From: an uncultured Desulfarculus sp.
Lineage (GTDB): Bacteria > Desulfobacterota > Desulfarculia > Desulfarculales > Desulfarculaceae
DNA: 64,000 bases
Assembly (NCBI GenBank): GCA_963665125.2
Contig: CAXXUK010000001.1
Coordinates: forward strand, 2,624,001 to 2,688,000
Reading direction: 5' to 3'
Shown: piece by piece, positions 29,030-38,896 of the stretch
How positions within the stretch are numbered: the stretch's first letter is position 1
How the letters are laid out: each line of letters begins with the position of its first letter
Translations under genes and position numbers: made by a program
The notes under the pieces: model-generated
The model's input: only the letters and a program-made list of their open reading frames with translations
What the model was told of the DNA's origin: nothing
The model's database searches: none

Positions 29030-30670
29030 ATGCAGCAATCAACCATTGACATATCCAAATACCTAGCCATTATCAAACGAAGGTGGGTTCTGGCCACCTC
29101 CACGTTTCTGTCCGTATTGGCCGTGGGGGTGATTTATTGCCTTTTCTGGCCCCCAATCTACCAGGCCACCTGTCTGGTCGTGGTCCAGCCCCAAAAGGTG
29201 CCGGGCGATATCATTCGCACCACGGTGACCTCCAAGATCGCCGACCGTTTGCAGATAATCACCCAACAGGTGCTAAGCCGCACCAGGTTGACTGAGATTA
29301 TAGACAGGTTCGAGCTCTACCCGGCTGTCCGGGGCAAGGCCACTCCGGAAGACCTTGCCGAAAAAATGCGCAAGGACATAACCATCAAAATTACCCGCGA
29401 TAACTACTTCACCATCACCTTTGTATACAAAGACCCCAAACTCTGCGCCGCGGTCACCAACGCCCTGGCCGCCTTTTACGTGGACAGCAACCTGCGCATC
29501 CGCGAGGAAGATGCTGTTGGCACCGCCCGTTTTCTGACCAGAGAGATGGAGCGGATGCGCGGCCAACTGCGGGAATGGGAAAGCCGTACAACTTCATTCA
29601 AACTATCCCACCTGCGCGAGTTGCCCGAATCACGAAATGAAAACATCAACCTGCTCAACCAGTACAACATCAAACTGGACAACTACATATCCGCCATCCA
29701 AAAGGAACGCCTTAGGCTGCAATCAATGGAAATGCAGCTGGGCACCGAACAATACCGCTTTGAAAACCTTAAGATGCAACGGGCGGAACTGCGGCGCAGG
29801 GGAGCCTCGGCAGGCGCGGGACAGGAGGATGTCGAAACCGATCCCGAAGCCCTCAAGCAGAAGATTGAGCAGCTCAAGGTGGCCTACACCGATGACCACC
29901 CTGATGTGCAAAGGGCCAAACGGCAGTTGGCCAGGGCCGAGGAATTGGCCCGCATCAAGCTCCAGAGGGCCCGGGAAGAGGCCATCAAAAAGGGGCTGAA
30001 CCCCGACGAGGCCGAAGCCGACGCCACGGACCTACAATTAGCCGCGGCAAAACAGAGTCTCGAGCGCATCAGTAAAAACATCAAGCAAACCCAGGAGAAC
30101 ATCAAGGGCTACGAAAGGGACCGTGCTGCCTATCAGGCGGAGGTGGACAAACTCAACGCTTATGTCAACAACGCGCCCAACGTGGCCGAGCAGCTTACGG
30201 AATTGACCCGCGGCTACGAGGAACTAAACACGGCCTACCAGAAAATGCATGCCAAATGGCTGGAGGCCAACATGTCGGCCAACCTCGAACGGACCCAGCG
30301 CGGCGAGCAGTTCGAGGTCGTGGACCCGGCCGAAGTGCCGGACCAGCCCTATCAGCCCAACGTGAAACGGGTGGTGCCCTTTTCCCTGGGCCTGGCCATG
30401 GCCCTTGGTCTTGGCCTGACCTTTGGCCTGGCGTACCTTGACACATCCTTTACATCCATAGAGCAGACCGAAGAGGCCACTGCCCTGCCGGTGCTGGTAG
30501 TCATCCCTCCCTTGGAGACATTCAAGGAAGTTGAACGCAAGAAGAAAAAATTCGCCTTGTTAACGGCTGTTTTTGGCATCTTGTTCATGTTTTTATTGGG
30601 GCTGGTTGCCATCCTGGCCACGGGAAGAGGCCCGGCCCTGAAAAAGCTGATCATGAGCCTGGTGAGCTAA
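29030..30670 (+). CDS. Polysaccharide chain-length determinant (Wzc/GumC periplasmic part)
   Basis: TM, QVLSRTRL, YTDDHPDV, coiled coils, GEQFEVVDPA. Confidence 0.9.
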   Translation: MQQSTIDISKYLAIIKRRWVLATSTFLSVLAVGVIYCLFWPPIYQATCLVVVQPQKVPGDIIRTTVTSKIADRLQIITQQVLSRTRLTEIIDRFELYPAVRGKATPEDLAEKMRKDITIKITRDNYFTITFVYKDPKLCAAVTNALAAFYVDSNLRIREEDAVGTARFLTREMERMRGQLREWESRTTSFKLSHLRELPESRNENINLLNQYNIKLDNYISAIQKERLRLQSMEMQLGTEQYRFENLKMQRAELRRRGASAGAGQEDVETDPEALKQKIEQLKVAYTDDHPDVQRAKRQLARAEELARIKLQRAREEAIKKGLNPDEAEADATDLQLAAAKQSLERISKNIKQTQENIKGYERDRAAYQAEVDKLNAYVNNAPNVAEQLTELTRGYEELNTAYQKMHAKWLEANMSANLERTQRGEQFEVVDPAEVPDQPYQPNVKRVVPFSLGLAMALGLGLTFGLAYLDTSFTSIEQTEEATALPVLVVIPPLETFKEVERKKKKFALLTAVFGILFMFLLGLVAILATGRGPALKKLIMSLVS

Positions 30671-30674
30671 GCGC

Positions 30675-32207
30675 ATGTACAACGAATTTTTCGGGCTTTC
30701 GGAAAAACCTTTTGCCCTGGAACCCAACGCCCGTTTTATCGTTTTAACCGAAGACCATCGGGAGGCTTTGGCCACCCTGGTTTATGCCGTCGAACAACAA
30801 GAGGGATGGGCCGCGCTTGTCGGCGCTCCCGGCGTGGGCAAAACCACACTGATAATCGCCTTGTTGCAGGAGCTAAGCGACAGAGTTATACCCGCGGTGA
30901 TCACCAACCCGCGCCTTGAGCCGTTGGATTTCATGAACATGATTGCCCTTGAGTTGGGGCTCAAGGGGCCTTTTACTTCCAAGGGGCACTTCCTGGTGGC
31001 CTTCAAACAGCTTGTCCAGCAGTGCCGGGCGGCGGGCAAGCTTCTTTTATTGGTGGTCGATGAAGCCCAGGCCATGTCCTTCGATATGCTCGAGGAAATG
31101 AGGCTGTTGAGCAATATTGACGACGGGTCGCCCAAGGTTCTCAACTTCCTGTTGGCCGGTCAGATGGAGTTTCTCTCGGTCCTGGGCCGCGATGAAGCGG
31201 CGGCAGTGCGCCAGAGATTGCGCCATTTTTACACGCTTCGTCCCCTGGGCATCGAAGAAACGCGCACCTACATCCGCCACCGCCTGCGGGTGGCCCAGGG
31301 TAATCCCGATCTATTCACCGACCGGGCATCCTTGCTGGTTTACCAACTGACAAACGGCATCCCCCGGGTCATCAACACCGTCTGTGACGAGGCCCTGATC
31401 GTGGCTTTCACCAGAGGACGCACCAAGGTCGACCTGGACGAAGTCAAGGAAGCCGCCCGCGACCTTCCCATGCTGCGTTTGGCCAAACAGCAGGCCCAAC
31501 CGGCAAACGGGCAGCCGGCCACGGCCCCGCAACCAGCGCCGCCCCCGGCACAACCAGCCCCTCAGCCAGTCTCCCGACCGGACACGGAACCGGCGGCCAA
31601 GCCTGCTCAACCGGCAACGGTGGAACCGGTGGCAGACAGCCGCGCCGCGCGCTCGTTGGAGCCGACAACCGTTGATCCGGCCATTGTAGTGGAGCCACCC
31701 GCACCCAAGGCGCCAACGGCTGCCCCGCCGGAGCAGCCGGCCAGAAGCGAGAAGAGACCGCCAATCGACCAACCGGAGGTCAACCCCGCGGCCGAAAGAC
31801 CAATCCGCCCGTCCGCGACGCCCCGGCGCGGCAAGAAAAAAATTAGAAGTAAATCCAAGGACAAGGGCCGCAACCAGCCCACCAAGGACCAGGGTCTCAA
31901 AAAACCCAGCATCTTCGCGCGCTTTTTCGGCAGCATGGGCAAAGGCGTCAGCGGAGGCTTCACCCGGCGGCTTATCCTGCTGCTTCTCCTGTTGGCCCTG
32001 GCCGTTGGCGGCTACTGGCTGTTTACAAGCGGCAATGCCATACGGCTCGGCCGTCTGATCGCTCCATACATTGGTCTTGGCGACAGCATTCAGTTGTTTA
32101 TGCCCTCGGAAAAAATGCCCGCCGACCGCAGGGCCAATCAAACAACCGTACCCGAGGATTGGGGGCCGACCATTATCATCGACCAGAAGGAGGCAAGCCA
32201 TGGGTAG
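30675..32207 (+). CDS. ExeA/GspA-like AAA ATPase (exosortase-system associated)
   Basis: MYNEFFGLSEKPF, GAPGVGKT, VVDEAQ, GIPRVIN.CD; Pro-rich linker and TM. Confidence 0.9.
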   Translation: MYNEFFGLSEKPFALEPNARFIVLTEDHREALATLVYAVEQQEGWAALVGAPGVGKTTLIIALLQELSDRVIPAVITNPRLEPLDFMNMIALELGLKGPFTSKGHFLVAFKQLVQQCRAAGKLLLLVVDEAQAMSFDMLEEMRLLSNIDDGSPKVLNFLLAGQMEFLSVLGRDEAAAVRQRLRHFYTLRPLGIEETRTYIRHRLRVAQGNPDLFTDRASLLVYQLTNGIPRVINTVCDEALIVAFTRGRTKVDLDEVKEAARDLPMLRLAKQQAQPANGQPATAPQPAPPPAQPAPQPVSRPDTEPAAKPAQPATVEPVADSRAARSLEPTTVDPAIVVEPPAPKAPTAAPPEQPARSEKRPPIDQPEVNPAAERPIRPSATPRRGKKKIRSKSKDKGRNQPTKDQGLKKPSIFARFFGSMGKGVSGGFTRRLILLLLLLALAVGGYWLFTSGNAIRLGRLIAPYIGLGDSIQLFMPSEKMPADRRANQTTVPEDWGPTIIIDQKEASHG

Positions 32208-33255
32208 GATGGACGACCTCCTGCGCAAATCGGGCCGGGATTTGGGGCACCAGTCCCCTTCGGCCGAAGATGGACCCCAAAAGCCCCCACGCCCACGAGC
32301 CGAAGACCAGCCGCCCATTGAGCCCCCGGTGGACATGCGGCCGCCCGGCGAACCAAAGGCCCGGCCCCAGAAAATACAAGCCGATGCCATTTACGCCCCC
32401 GAAGATATGGATGACGCCCCGGGAGCGATCCGGGAATACGAACCGGACACCGGCGGCAGCCCGCCCCCTGCCAAGGTAAGCGCCCAACTGTTTGAAGATT
32501 TAAGTGATGATTCCGACGATGATGAGATGACCATCGTCGACACGCCGCCCCAGCGCGAGCCTTTAAGTGACGACGACAAGCAGCGGCTGGTGAGCCTTTT
32601 CGCGCCGTCGAGCCCCCAGGGCAAACGAATCGACATGCTGCGGTCCCAGCTGTTGTACCCGTTTCACGGCGATCCTCCACGTACGATCATGGTCAGCAGC
32701 GTCGCCCACAGGGAAGGCCGCACCCTGTTGACCTCGAACCTGGCCATCAGTTTTGCCCGCGGTCTTCAGCAGTTCGTGATGATCATCGACTGCCACCTGG
32801 CAAACCCGGAGATCCACCGCCTGCTCCAGGTGCCCCTGCGCCCCGGCCTCACCGACTATCTGGAGCACGGCTACACCGTGCCCGAGATTATTCACTGGAC
32901 CAGCGTGGACAAGCTTTCGGTCATCCCAGCGGGCAGGCCGACCCACCGCACCGCTGAAATCCTGGCCACCGACAAAATGGTCGACCTGATGTATGAACTG
33001 CGGGAGCGTTACGCCGACCGCTTTATCATCCTGGACACGCCGCCGGTCCAGGCCGTGGACGACCCCGCGGTTTTGGCCAGGGTCGTCGAGGGCATCGTCT
33101 TCGTGACCCTGGGCGGCGTGACCGACAGGGAGCTGGTCCTCAGGGCCATGCGCTCCTTGCCGGAAGAAAAAATCATAGGAATGGTCTTAAACGATCCTCA
33201 TCAGTCCGTGCTCGATGCCCCCGACCTTGGAGCGAGCATTGAGGATGTGGGGTAA
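32200..33255 (+). CDS. CpsD/CapB-family tyrosine kinase homolog (degenerate Walker A)
   Basis: PRTIMVSS..EGRT, NLA, IID, ILDTPPV; start ATG 32200. Confidence 0.85.
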   Translation: MGRMDDLLRKSGRDLGHQSPSAEDGPQKPPRPRAEDQPPIEPPVDMRPPGEPKARPQKIQADAIYAPEDMDDAPGAIREYEPDTGGSPPPAKVSAQLFEDLSDDSDDDEMTIVDTPPQREPLSDDDKQRLVSLFAPSSPQGKRIDMLRSQLLYPFHGDPPRTIMVSSVAHREGRTLLTSNLAISFARGLQQFVMIIDCHLANPEIHRLLQVPLRPGLTDYLEHGYTVPEIIHWTSVDKLSVIPAGRPTHRTAEILATDKMVDLMYELRERYADRFIILDTPPVQAVDDPAVLARVVEGIVFVTLGGVTDRELVLRAMRSLPEEKIIGMVLNDPHQSVLDAPDLGASIEDVG

Positions 33256-33263
33256 CAAGCTCG

Positions 33264-34724
33264 ATGCGCATACCGTCCAGCAGCCCATCACCGTACATCA
33301 TCGGCTTCCTGTTGGTGGAGGCCGTTTTGATGGCCATAGGGTCGGTCATGGCCGTTTATTTCCGCACCGGCGGCGCGGAAGAGCTTTTTACCTGGCGTTA
33401 TTCATGGCACCGGGTCATTTTGGTGCCGATGGTCCTTGAGATCACCTTCTACCTACTTGACCTGCACAACTTCCGTCTGTCGCGATCGTTCATCTGGACG
33501 ATCTTTCGGGTTTTACAGGCCACGGCCTTGGGAACCATGGCCCTGGCGGCCATTTATTACCTGTTTCCGAGGCTGTTTTTGGGCCGCGGCGTCATCCTCA
33601 TGTCCTATGTCTTCATCGCGGGCCTGGTGTTGGCCTGGCGGGCCATGTACCACTGGGCCCTGACCAGGGACGTGCTGTCCACCCGGTTGATGATCATAGG
33701 ATCGGGGCGCATGGCCGACAGCATCCTGGAAGAGTTGACCGGGCGCTCCGACAATCCCTATCTTGTCACCAGCCTGGTCGATGTCGGCGTGGCGGCCCAC
33801 AACCTCAGGGCCGGCGACCCGCCAAAATCGGACGTACGCATTGGCCAGGCCGGTCCGGATTTACTGGAATACTGGGGCCGTCTGACCAGGGCGGCCTACT
33901 ACTCCGAGGCCGATGAACTGCTGGGCCTGGCCCGCCACCACCAAGTGGATATGATAGTGGTGGCCCTGGGAGAAAAACGCCAAGTCATGCCCATGGACCA
34001 ACTGCTCCAATGCCGCATGGCCGGCATACCCATCGTCACCGGCGACGATTTTTATGAAAGCATAGCCGGCAGGATACTGGCCGACTACATCCGGCCAGGC
34101 TGGCTGATTTTTTCGCCGGGGTTCACCACATCCCGTCTGCGCCGGGTCACAAAAAGATTCATCGACATTGCCCTGGCCGTGATAGGGCTGGTCTTGTCAT
34201 CGCCCCTGGCCCTGTTGGTGGCCCTGGCCATCCGCCTGGAAAGCAAGGGGCCGATCATCTACAAGCAGGACCGGATCGGCCAAAACGACAAGCTTTTCAC
34301 CATCCTCAAGTTCCGTTCCATGACCGCCGACGCCGAGAGCGTCAGCGGACCGGCATGGGCCCAGGAAAACGATCCCAGGGTAACCAGGGTCGGCAAGATA
34401 ATCCGGCGCACCAGACTAGATGAAATCCCCCAGATGTGGAACGTCCTGCGCGGCGATATGAGCTTTGTGGGCCCCAGGCCCGAGAGATCGCATTTCGTCA
34501 AGCAGCTGGAGGAGAAGCTGCCGTTTTACCGTGAACGCCACAATGTCAAGCCGGGCATCACCGGCTGGGCCCAGGTCTGTTTTCCCTATGGCGCCTCGGT
34601 GGCGGCGGCCCTGGAAAAGCTCAATTACGACCTTTACTACATCAAACACTCAAACCTGACCATGGACCTGCAGATCCTTTTCCAGACCTTCAAGCTGCTC
34701 ATTACCGGCGGAGGAGGCCGATGA
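33264..34724 (+). CDS. Priming polyprenyl-phosphate sugar transferase (PEP-CTERM-system type)
   Basis: KRFIDI, KFRSM, DPRVTRVG, RLDEIPQ, GDMSFVGPRPE, KPGITGWAQ. Confidence 0.93.
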   Translation: MRIPSSSPSPYIIGFLLVEAVLMAIGSVMAVYFRTGGAEELFTWRYSWHRVILVPMVLEITFYLLDLHNFRLSRSFIWTIFRVLQATALGTMALAAIYYLFPRLFLGRGVILMSYVFIAGLVLAWRAMYHWALTRDVLSTRLMIIGSGRMADSILEELTGRSDNPYLVTSLVDVGVAAHNLRAGDPPKSDVRIGQAGPDLLEYWGRLTRAAYYSEADELLGLARHHQVDMIVVALGEKRQVMPMDQLLQCRMAGIPIVTGDDFYESIAGRILADYIRPGWLIFSPGFTTSRLRRVTKRFIDIALAVIGLVLSSPLALLVALAIRLESKGPIIYKQDRIGQNDKLFTILKFRSMTADAESVSGPAWAQENDPRVTRVGKIIRRTRLDEIPQMWNVLRGDMSFVGPRPERSHFVKQLEEKLPFYRERHNVKPGITGWAQVCFPYGASVAAALEKLNYDLYYIKHSNLTMDLQILFQTFKLLITGGGGR

Positions 34725-35590
34725 GCACCACCGACCGCCCGGCCGGACTGGCCGGCCTTATTCCCTGGCTGCTGGTGGGCGCGGCCCTGTTGTGGATCTA
34801 CGGCCCCATTGCCGGGCCCATGGTCGTGGTGTGGTCCAGCGACCCCAACTACTCCCACGGCTATCTGGTGCCGCTGGTCACCATTTGGCTGCTCTGGCGG
34901 GACAAGGCCGCCCTGGCCCAATGCGCGTCCGGGCCAGACTGGAAGGGCCTGGCCATGGTCGGCGCGGGGTTGTTTGTCCTGGTGGCCGGCAGCCTGGCCC
35001 ATGAATATTTTCTACAGAGGGCCAGCCTAGTCCCTGTCCTGTGGGGCCTGGCCTGGCTGTTGTGGGGCTGGCGGCTGGCCAAACGCAGCGCCTTTGCCAT
35101 CTGGTATCTGCTGTTGATGGTTCCCTGGCCCTACATCGTCTACGATTCCCTGGCCTTCCCCCTGCGGCTGGCTGCGGCGTCCATGGCCGGCTGGTGCGTC
35201 AGGCTGGTGGGCATACCCGTGCTGGTGGAGGGCAACGTCATTCATCTGCCCCACGCGGTATTGAACGTAATAGACGCTTGCTCGGGCATCCGCAGCATGG
35301 TTTCCCTGTTGGCCGCGGCACTGTTTTTGGCCTATGTCATGCTGCCGCGCATCTGGCCCAGGTTCGTCGTCGCCCTGGCCGCCCCTCTTGTGGCCGTGCT
35401 TACCAACAGCCTGCGCATCACCATAGCCGCCGTGCTGGCCGAAAAGATAGGTCCTCAAACCCTAGAGGGAGTGATGCACGACGCGGTTGGCTGGATCGTA
35501 TTCATGGTCGGTTTCGGTCTGCTGGCCTTGCTGGCCTGGCTGCTGGCCAAGTTCACCGGTCCGAAGCAAACGGAAGGGGTGCGGCCATGA
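34721..35590 (+). CDS. xrt: Exosortase
   Basis: YSHGYLVP, EGNVI, DACSGIRS (Cys), NSLRI (Arg), HDAVG (His). Confidence 0.92.
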   Translation: MSTTDRPAGLAGLIPWLLVGAALLWIYGPIAGPMVVVWSSDPNYSHGYLVPLVTIWLLWRDKAALAQCASGPDWKGLAMVGAGLFVLVAGSLAHEYFLQRASLVPVLWGLAWLLWGWRLAKRSAFAIWYLLLMVPWPYIVYDSLAFPLRLAAASMAGWCVRLVGIPVLVEGNVIHLPHAVLNVIDACSGIRSMVSLLAAALFLAYVMLPRIWPRFVVALAAPLVAVLTNSLRITIAAVLAEKIGPQTLEGVMHDAVGWIVFMVGFGLLALLAWLLAKFTGPKQTEGVRP

Positions 35591-36249
35591 CCGGCGGCAA
35601 ACGCACCGCAGCGCTCCTGGCGGCCCTGGTCCTGCTGATCATCGCCGGCGCGGTGGCCAGCCTGATCGGCCAGGCGCCCCCCAGGCCCCTGGCCGGGCCC
35701 CTGGCCGGCCTGCCCGAGCGGATGGGCGAATGGAGTATGGCCGCGGCGGATAAAAGCCTGGACCAGCGCACCCTTGACGTATTGCGGCCAAGCGACTACC
35801 TGATGCGCACCTATGTGCAAAAAGACGGATTCCCCTGCTCGGTATTCATAGCCTTTTTTGACTATCAGCGGGAAGGCCGAATGATTCATTCGCCCCTGCA
35901 ATGCCTGCCGGGCGGCGGCTGGACAATCAGCAAAAAGGAAACAACCTTTATTGACGGCCCATTCGGGCGGCAAACGGTCAACCACCTGACCCTGGTCCAT
36001 CAGTTGAACAAGATGAGCGTGTTGTATTGGTATCAGGGACGGGGCAGGCTCCAACACGATGAATACCTGGACCGCATACTGCTGGCCTGGGACAGCCTGA
36101 GCAAGGGCCGCAATGACGGTGCCCTGGTGCGGCTGATGGCCCCGGCCGGGCCCAAGGCCCTGGAGATGCAGACCGATCTGGCCGCACACATCAGCAAGGC
36201 CCTTCAAGGGTTGATGGATCAAAGCGGCATTGGGCGGAAAGGGCGTTAA
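35587..36249 (+). CDS. epsI: Exosortase-associated EpsI-family protein
   Basis: DYLMRTY, IHSPLQCLPGGGW, LYWYQ, DGALVR; ATGA overlap with exosortase. Confidence 0.88.
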   Translation: MTGGKRTAALLAALVLLIIAGAVASLIGQAPPRPLAGPLAGLPERMGEWSMAAADKSLDQRTLDVLRPSDYLMRTYVQKDGFPCSVFIAFFDYQREGRMIHSPLQCLPGGGWTISKKETTFIDGPFGRQTVNHLTLVHQLNKMSVLYWYQGRGRLQHDEYLDRILLAWDSLSKGRNDGALVRLMAPAGPKALEMQTDLAAHISKALQGLMDQSGIGRKGR

Positions 36250-36255
36250 CGGCCA

Positions 36256-37518
36256 ATGGGCTTTTTTTTCACCCTGGTTTTGACCGCCCTGCTTTACGTC
36301 CGGCCTCAGGAATATATTGAGGCCATCAAGGGCTGGCCGATCATGGACTGGGTGGCCATAGCCTGCCTGGCCGGCGTGTTTCTGGAAGGCTCGTTTTCGG
36401 CCGAAAAACTGCGGCGTTCGCCCATCAACTGGCTGCTTGTTTTTTTCTGGTTTCAGCTTGGCGCCAGTTGGCTTCTCAACGATTGGCTTGGCGGCATAGT
36501 CTTCCAAATAGTCCATTTTTCGCCGGTGGCCATAATGTATTTCCTGGTCGTGCTCACCGTGGACACCATGCGAAAACTAAAACTCTTTATCTGGACCCTG
36601 GTGATTTTCTGCTCTTTCCTGGCCTTGGAATCAATGCTCGTTTTTTACACCGGAGCGGGCATCACCGGCGCGACTGCCCTGATGCGCGGTGATGTCATGC
36701 AGACAAAAGGCGTGGGCATATTCGCCGACCCCAACGATATCGCCATAAACATGGTGCCCATGACGGCTTTTTTGCTTCCCGCTTTTCATAAGGGATTGTT
36801 GACCCGTTCGTGGATTCCGGGTTTCGCCTTCTTGATGCCGTTAATCAACGGCATCATCCTCACCCGCTCCCGTGGCGGCATGCTGGGCATGTTGGCGGTG
36901 GGCTGGATGTATCTGCGCCGCCGCACAGGGCTTGTGTTCGCGGTCGTCGGCATTGCCGTAGCCCTGGCCCTGGTCCTCAGCCTGCCGCGCATGGGCGATA
37001 TCGACACCCAGGAGGGATCGGCCAGGACCCGCCTTGACCACTGGTCATACGGCCTGCAATTGTTCAAAACACACCCGATCATGGGCGTGGGCGTGGGCAA
37101 CTTCGCCGACATAGGCAACTACACCCACACCGCCCACAATTCCCTGGTTCTGGTCATGGCCGAAACCGGCTTCGTGGGGACATTTTTCTGGGTATCCATG
37201 TTGTTGTGCTTCTTCATGCACCTGCGCGACATCCGGGGGGAAGACCGTGCGCCGCCCTGGGCCGAGCCATTCAACAATGCCTTGGAGTCGGCGATGGTCG
37301 GATGGCTGACCTGTGCGTTCTTCCTCAGCCAGACCTATAAGCCGCTGCTGTTCATACTTATGGCCACGGCCGTTGCGGCGTTGAATGTAATCGCAAAGGA
37401 AAACGGCGTTGATCTGACTCTGCGTTGGAATGCGCGGATGACCATGTTGGGCGGCGTGACCACGGCGGCCAGTATCATATTGATGTATATCGCCCTGCGC
37501 GTTCTTTGGGCAATGTAG
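36256..37518 (+). CDS. O-antigen ligase/Wzy_C family protein (polymerase or O-glycosylation ligase)
   Basis: DPND, TRSRGG, PIMGVGVGNF, AHNS..AETGFVG. Confidence 0.88.
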   Translation: MGFFFTLVLTALLYVRPQEYIEAIKGWPIMDWVAIACLAGVFLEGSFSAEKLRRSPINWLLVFFWFQLGASWLLNDWLGGIVFQIVHFSPVAIMYFLVVLTVDTMRKLKLFIWTLVIFCSFLALESMLVFYTGAGITGATALMRGDVMQTKGVGIFADPNDIAINMVPMTAFLLPAFHKGLLTRSWIPGFAFLMPLINGIILTRSRGGMLGMLAVGWMYLRRRTGLVFAVVGIAVALALVLSLPRMGDIDTQEGSARTRLDHWSYGLQLFKTHPIMGVGVGNFADIGNYTHTAHNSLVLVMAETGFVGTFFWVSMLLCFFMHLRDIRGEDRAPPWAEPFNNALESAMVGWLTCAFFLSQTYKPLLFILMATAVAALNVIAKENGVDLTLRWNARMTMLGGVTTAASIILMYIALRVLWAM

Positions 37519-37537
37519 GTTAAAGGATGTGGGCAAG

Positions 37538-38896
37538 ATGAATTACGGCGACTTATGGTCACGCGTGCTGTGGCCGGCATATGAAAGGTTCCGGGGCAGG
37601 CAAACGCCCAGGATCGAGACTTTGCTGGCCCATAGCCAGTACGAGCCGCCGCAAGCGACATTCGCCAGACAAATGTCCGACCTAAGGGCCCTGCTGGAGC
37701 ACGCACAGAGCGCGGTGCCATTTTACAAAAATTGGTTCACCGAGGCCTCTGTGGAGCCCGAAGACATTACCCGCACGGGTGATCTGTCGGTTTTGCCCTT
37801 GGTGGACAAGCGGATGTTCATGGCCCAGCCGGAACTGTTCCGGGCCGATCCCCAGCCGCCCGGCTCGTATACCAAGGCCACGGGAGGCTCCACGGGCAGG
37901 CCCCTGCGACTGCGGCTCAACCCGCTGTCGGACCAGTGGCGCACCGCCGTCTACCGCCGGGGCTACGGCTGGGCCGGGTGCCGGGAGGGCGACCGGCAGA
38001 TCTATCTCTGGGGCGCCGACGTCATGCCCGTTTCAGGTCTATATAAGCTGCGCCGCGGCATGTTCCGGGCCCTGGCCCGCATGCGCTTTTTCAGCAGCTT
38101 CGGGCTTGGCGCCCAGGAAATGGACGATGTATTGAGCGCTGTGCGGCGTTTCAGGCCCAAGTGCCTGGTCGGCTACACCACCGCCCTGGAAGCCCTGGCC
38201 CGGCGGGCCCTGGCCGTGGGCTGGTCGCCGCCCCGCAGCCTGCGTTCGGTGATAACAGGCGCCGAGGCCCTGAACCGGGACCAACGAGAGATTATCGAGA
38301 GAGCCATGGCCTGCCCCGTATTCGAAACATACGGCAGCCGGGAATTCATGCTCATCGCCGCCGAATGCCCAGAGCACAAGGGGCTGCACATCTCCGCAGA
38401 AAATCTGATTGTCGAGGTGCTCAAGGACGGCAAACCGGCCCTGCCCGGTCAATTGGGCGAGGTGGTGGTCACCGACCTGCACAACTATGCCCAGCCTTTT
38501 ATCCGCTATAAAAGCGGCGATCTGGCCGCTCCGGCCGGGGGCTACTGCCCCTGCGGGCGCTCACTGCCCCGTCTGGAGCGCATCGAGGGCCGCATCCTGG
38601 ACATGATCACCGCGCCGGACGGCCGTATCCTGCCCGGCGAATTTTTCCCGCACTTTTTCAAGGATCTGCCAAACATCATCCAGTTCCAGGTGCGGCAGAT
38701 CGCCCAGGACCGGATCAACATCAGCATCGTGGGCCATGCGCCCATGAGCGACGCCGACAAGGCCAAAATCATCGACGGAACGGCCGAGGTCCTCCCCGGC
38801 GTCGCGGTGGATATAATCGAAGTGGACGAGATCCCGGCCACGGCCGCGGGCAAACGCAGGGTCACCATCGGCCTGGGCCCGGAGGATGGCCGATGA
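37538..38896 (+). CDS. Phenylacetate-CoA ligase/CapK-like adenylate-forming enzyme
   Basis: TGGSTGRP, YGSREF, IRYKSGD, CPCGR.LP, EGR. Confidence 0.88.
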   Translation: MNYGDLWSRVLWPAYERFRGRQTPRIETLLAHSQYEPPQATFARQMSDLRALLEHAQSAVPFYKNWFTEASVEPEDITRTGDLSVLPLVDKRMFMAQPELFRADPQPPGSYTKATGGSTGRPLRLRLNPLSDQWRTAVYRRGYGWAGCREGDRQIYLWGADVMPVSGLYKLRRGMFRALARMRFFSSFGLGAQEMDDVLSAVRRFRPKCLVGYTTALEALARRALAVGWSPPRSLRSVITGAEALNRDQREIIERAMACPVFETYGSREFMLIAAECPEHKGLHISAENLIVEVLKDGKPALPGQLGEVVVTDLHNYAQPFIRYKSGDLAAPAGGYCPCGRSLPRLERIEGRILDMITAPDGRILPGEFFPHFFKDLPNIIQFQVRQIAQDRINISIVGHAPMSDADKAKIIDGTAEVLPGVAVDIIEVDEIPATAAGKRRVTIGLGPEDGR

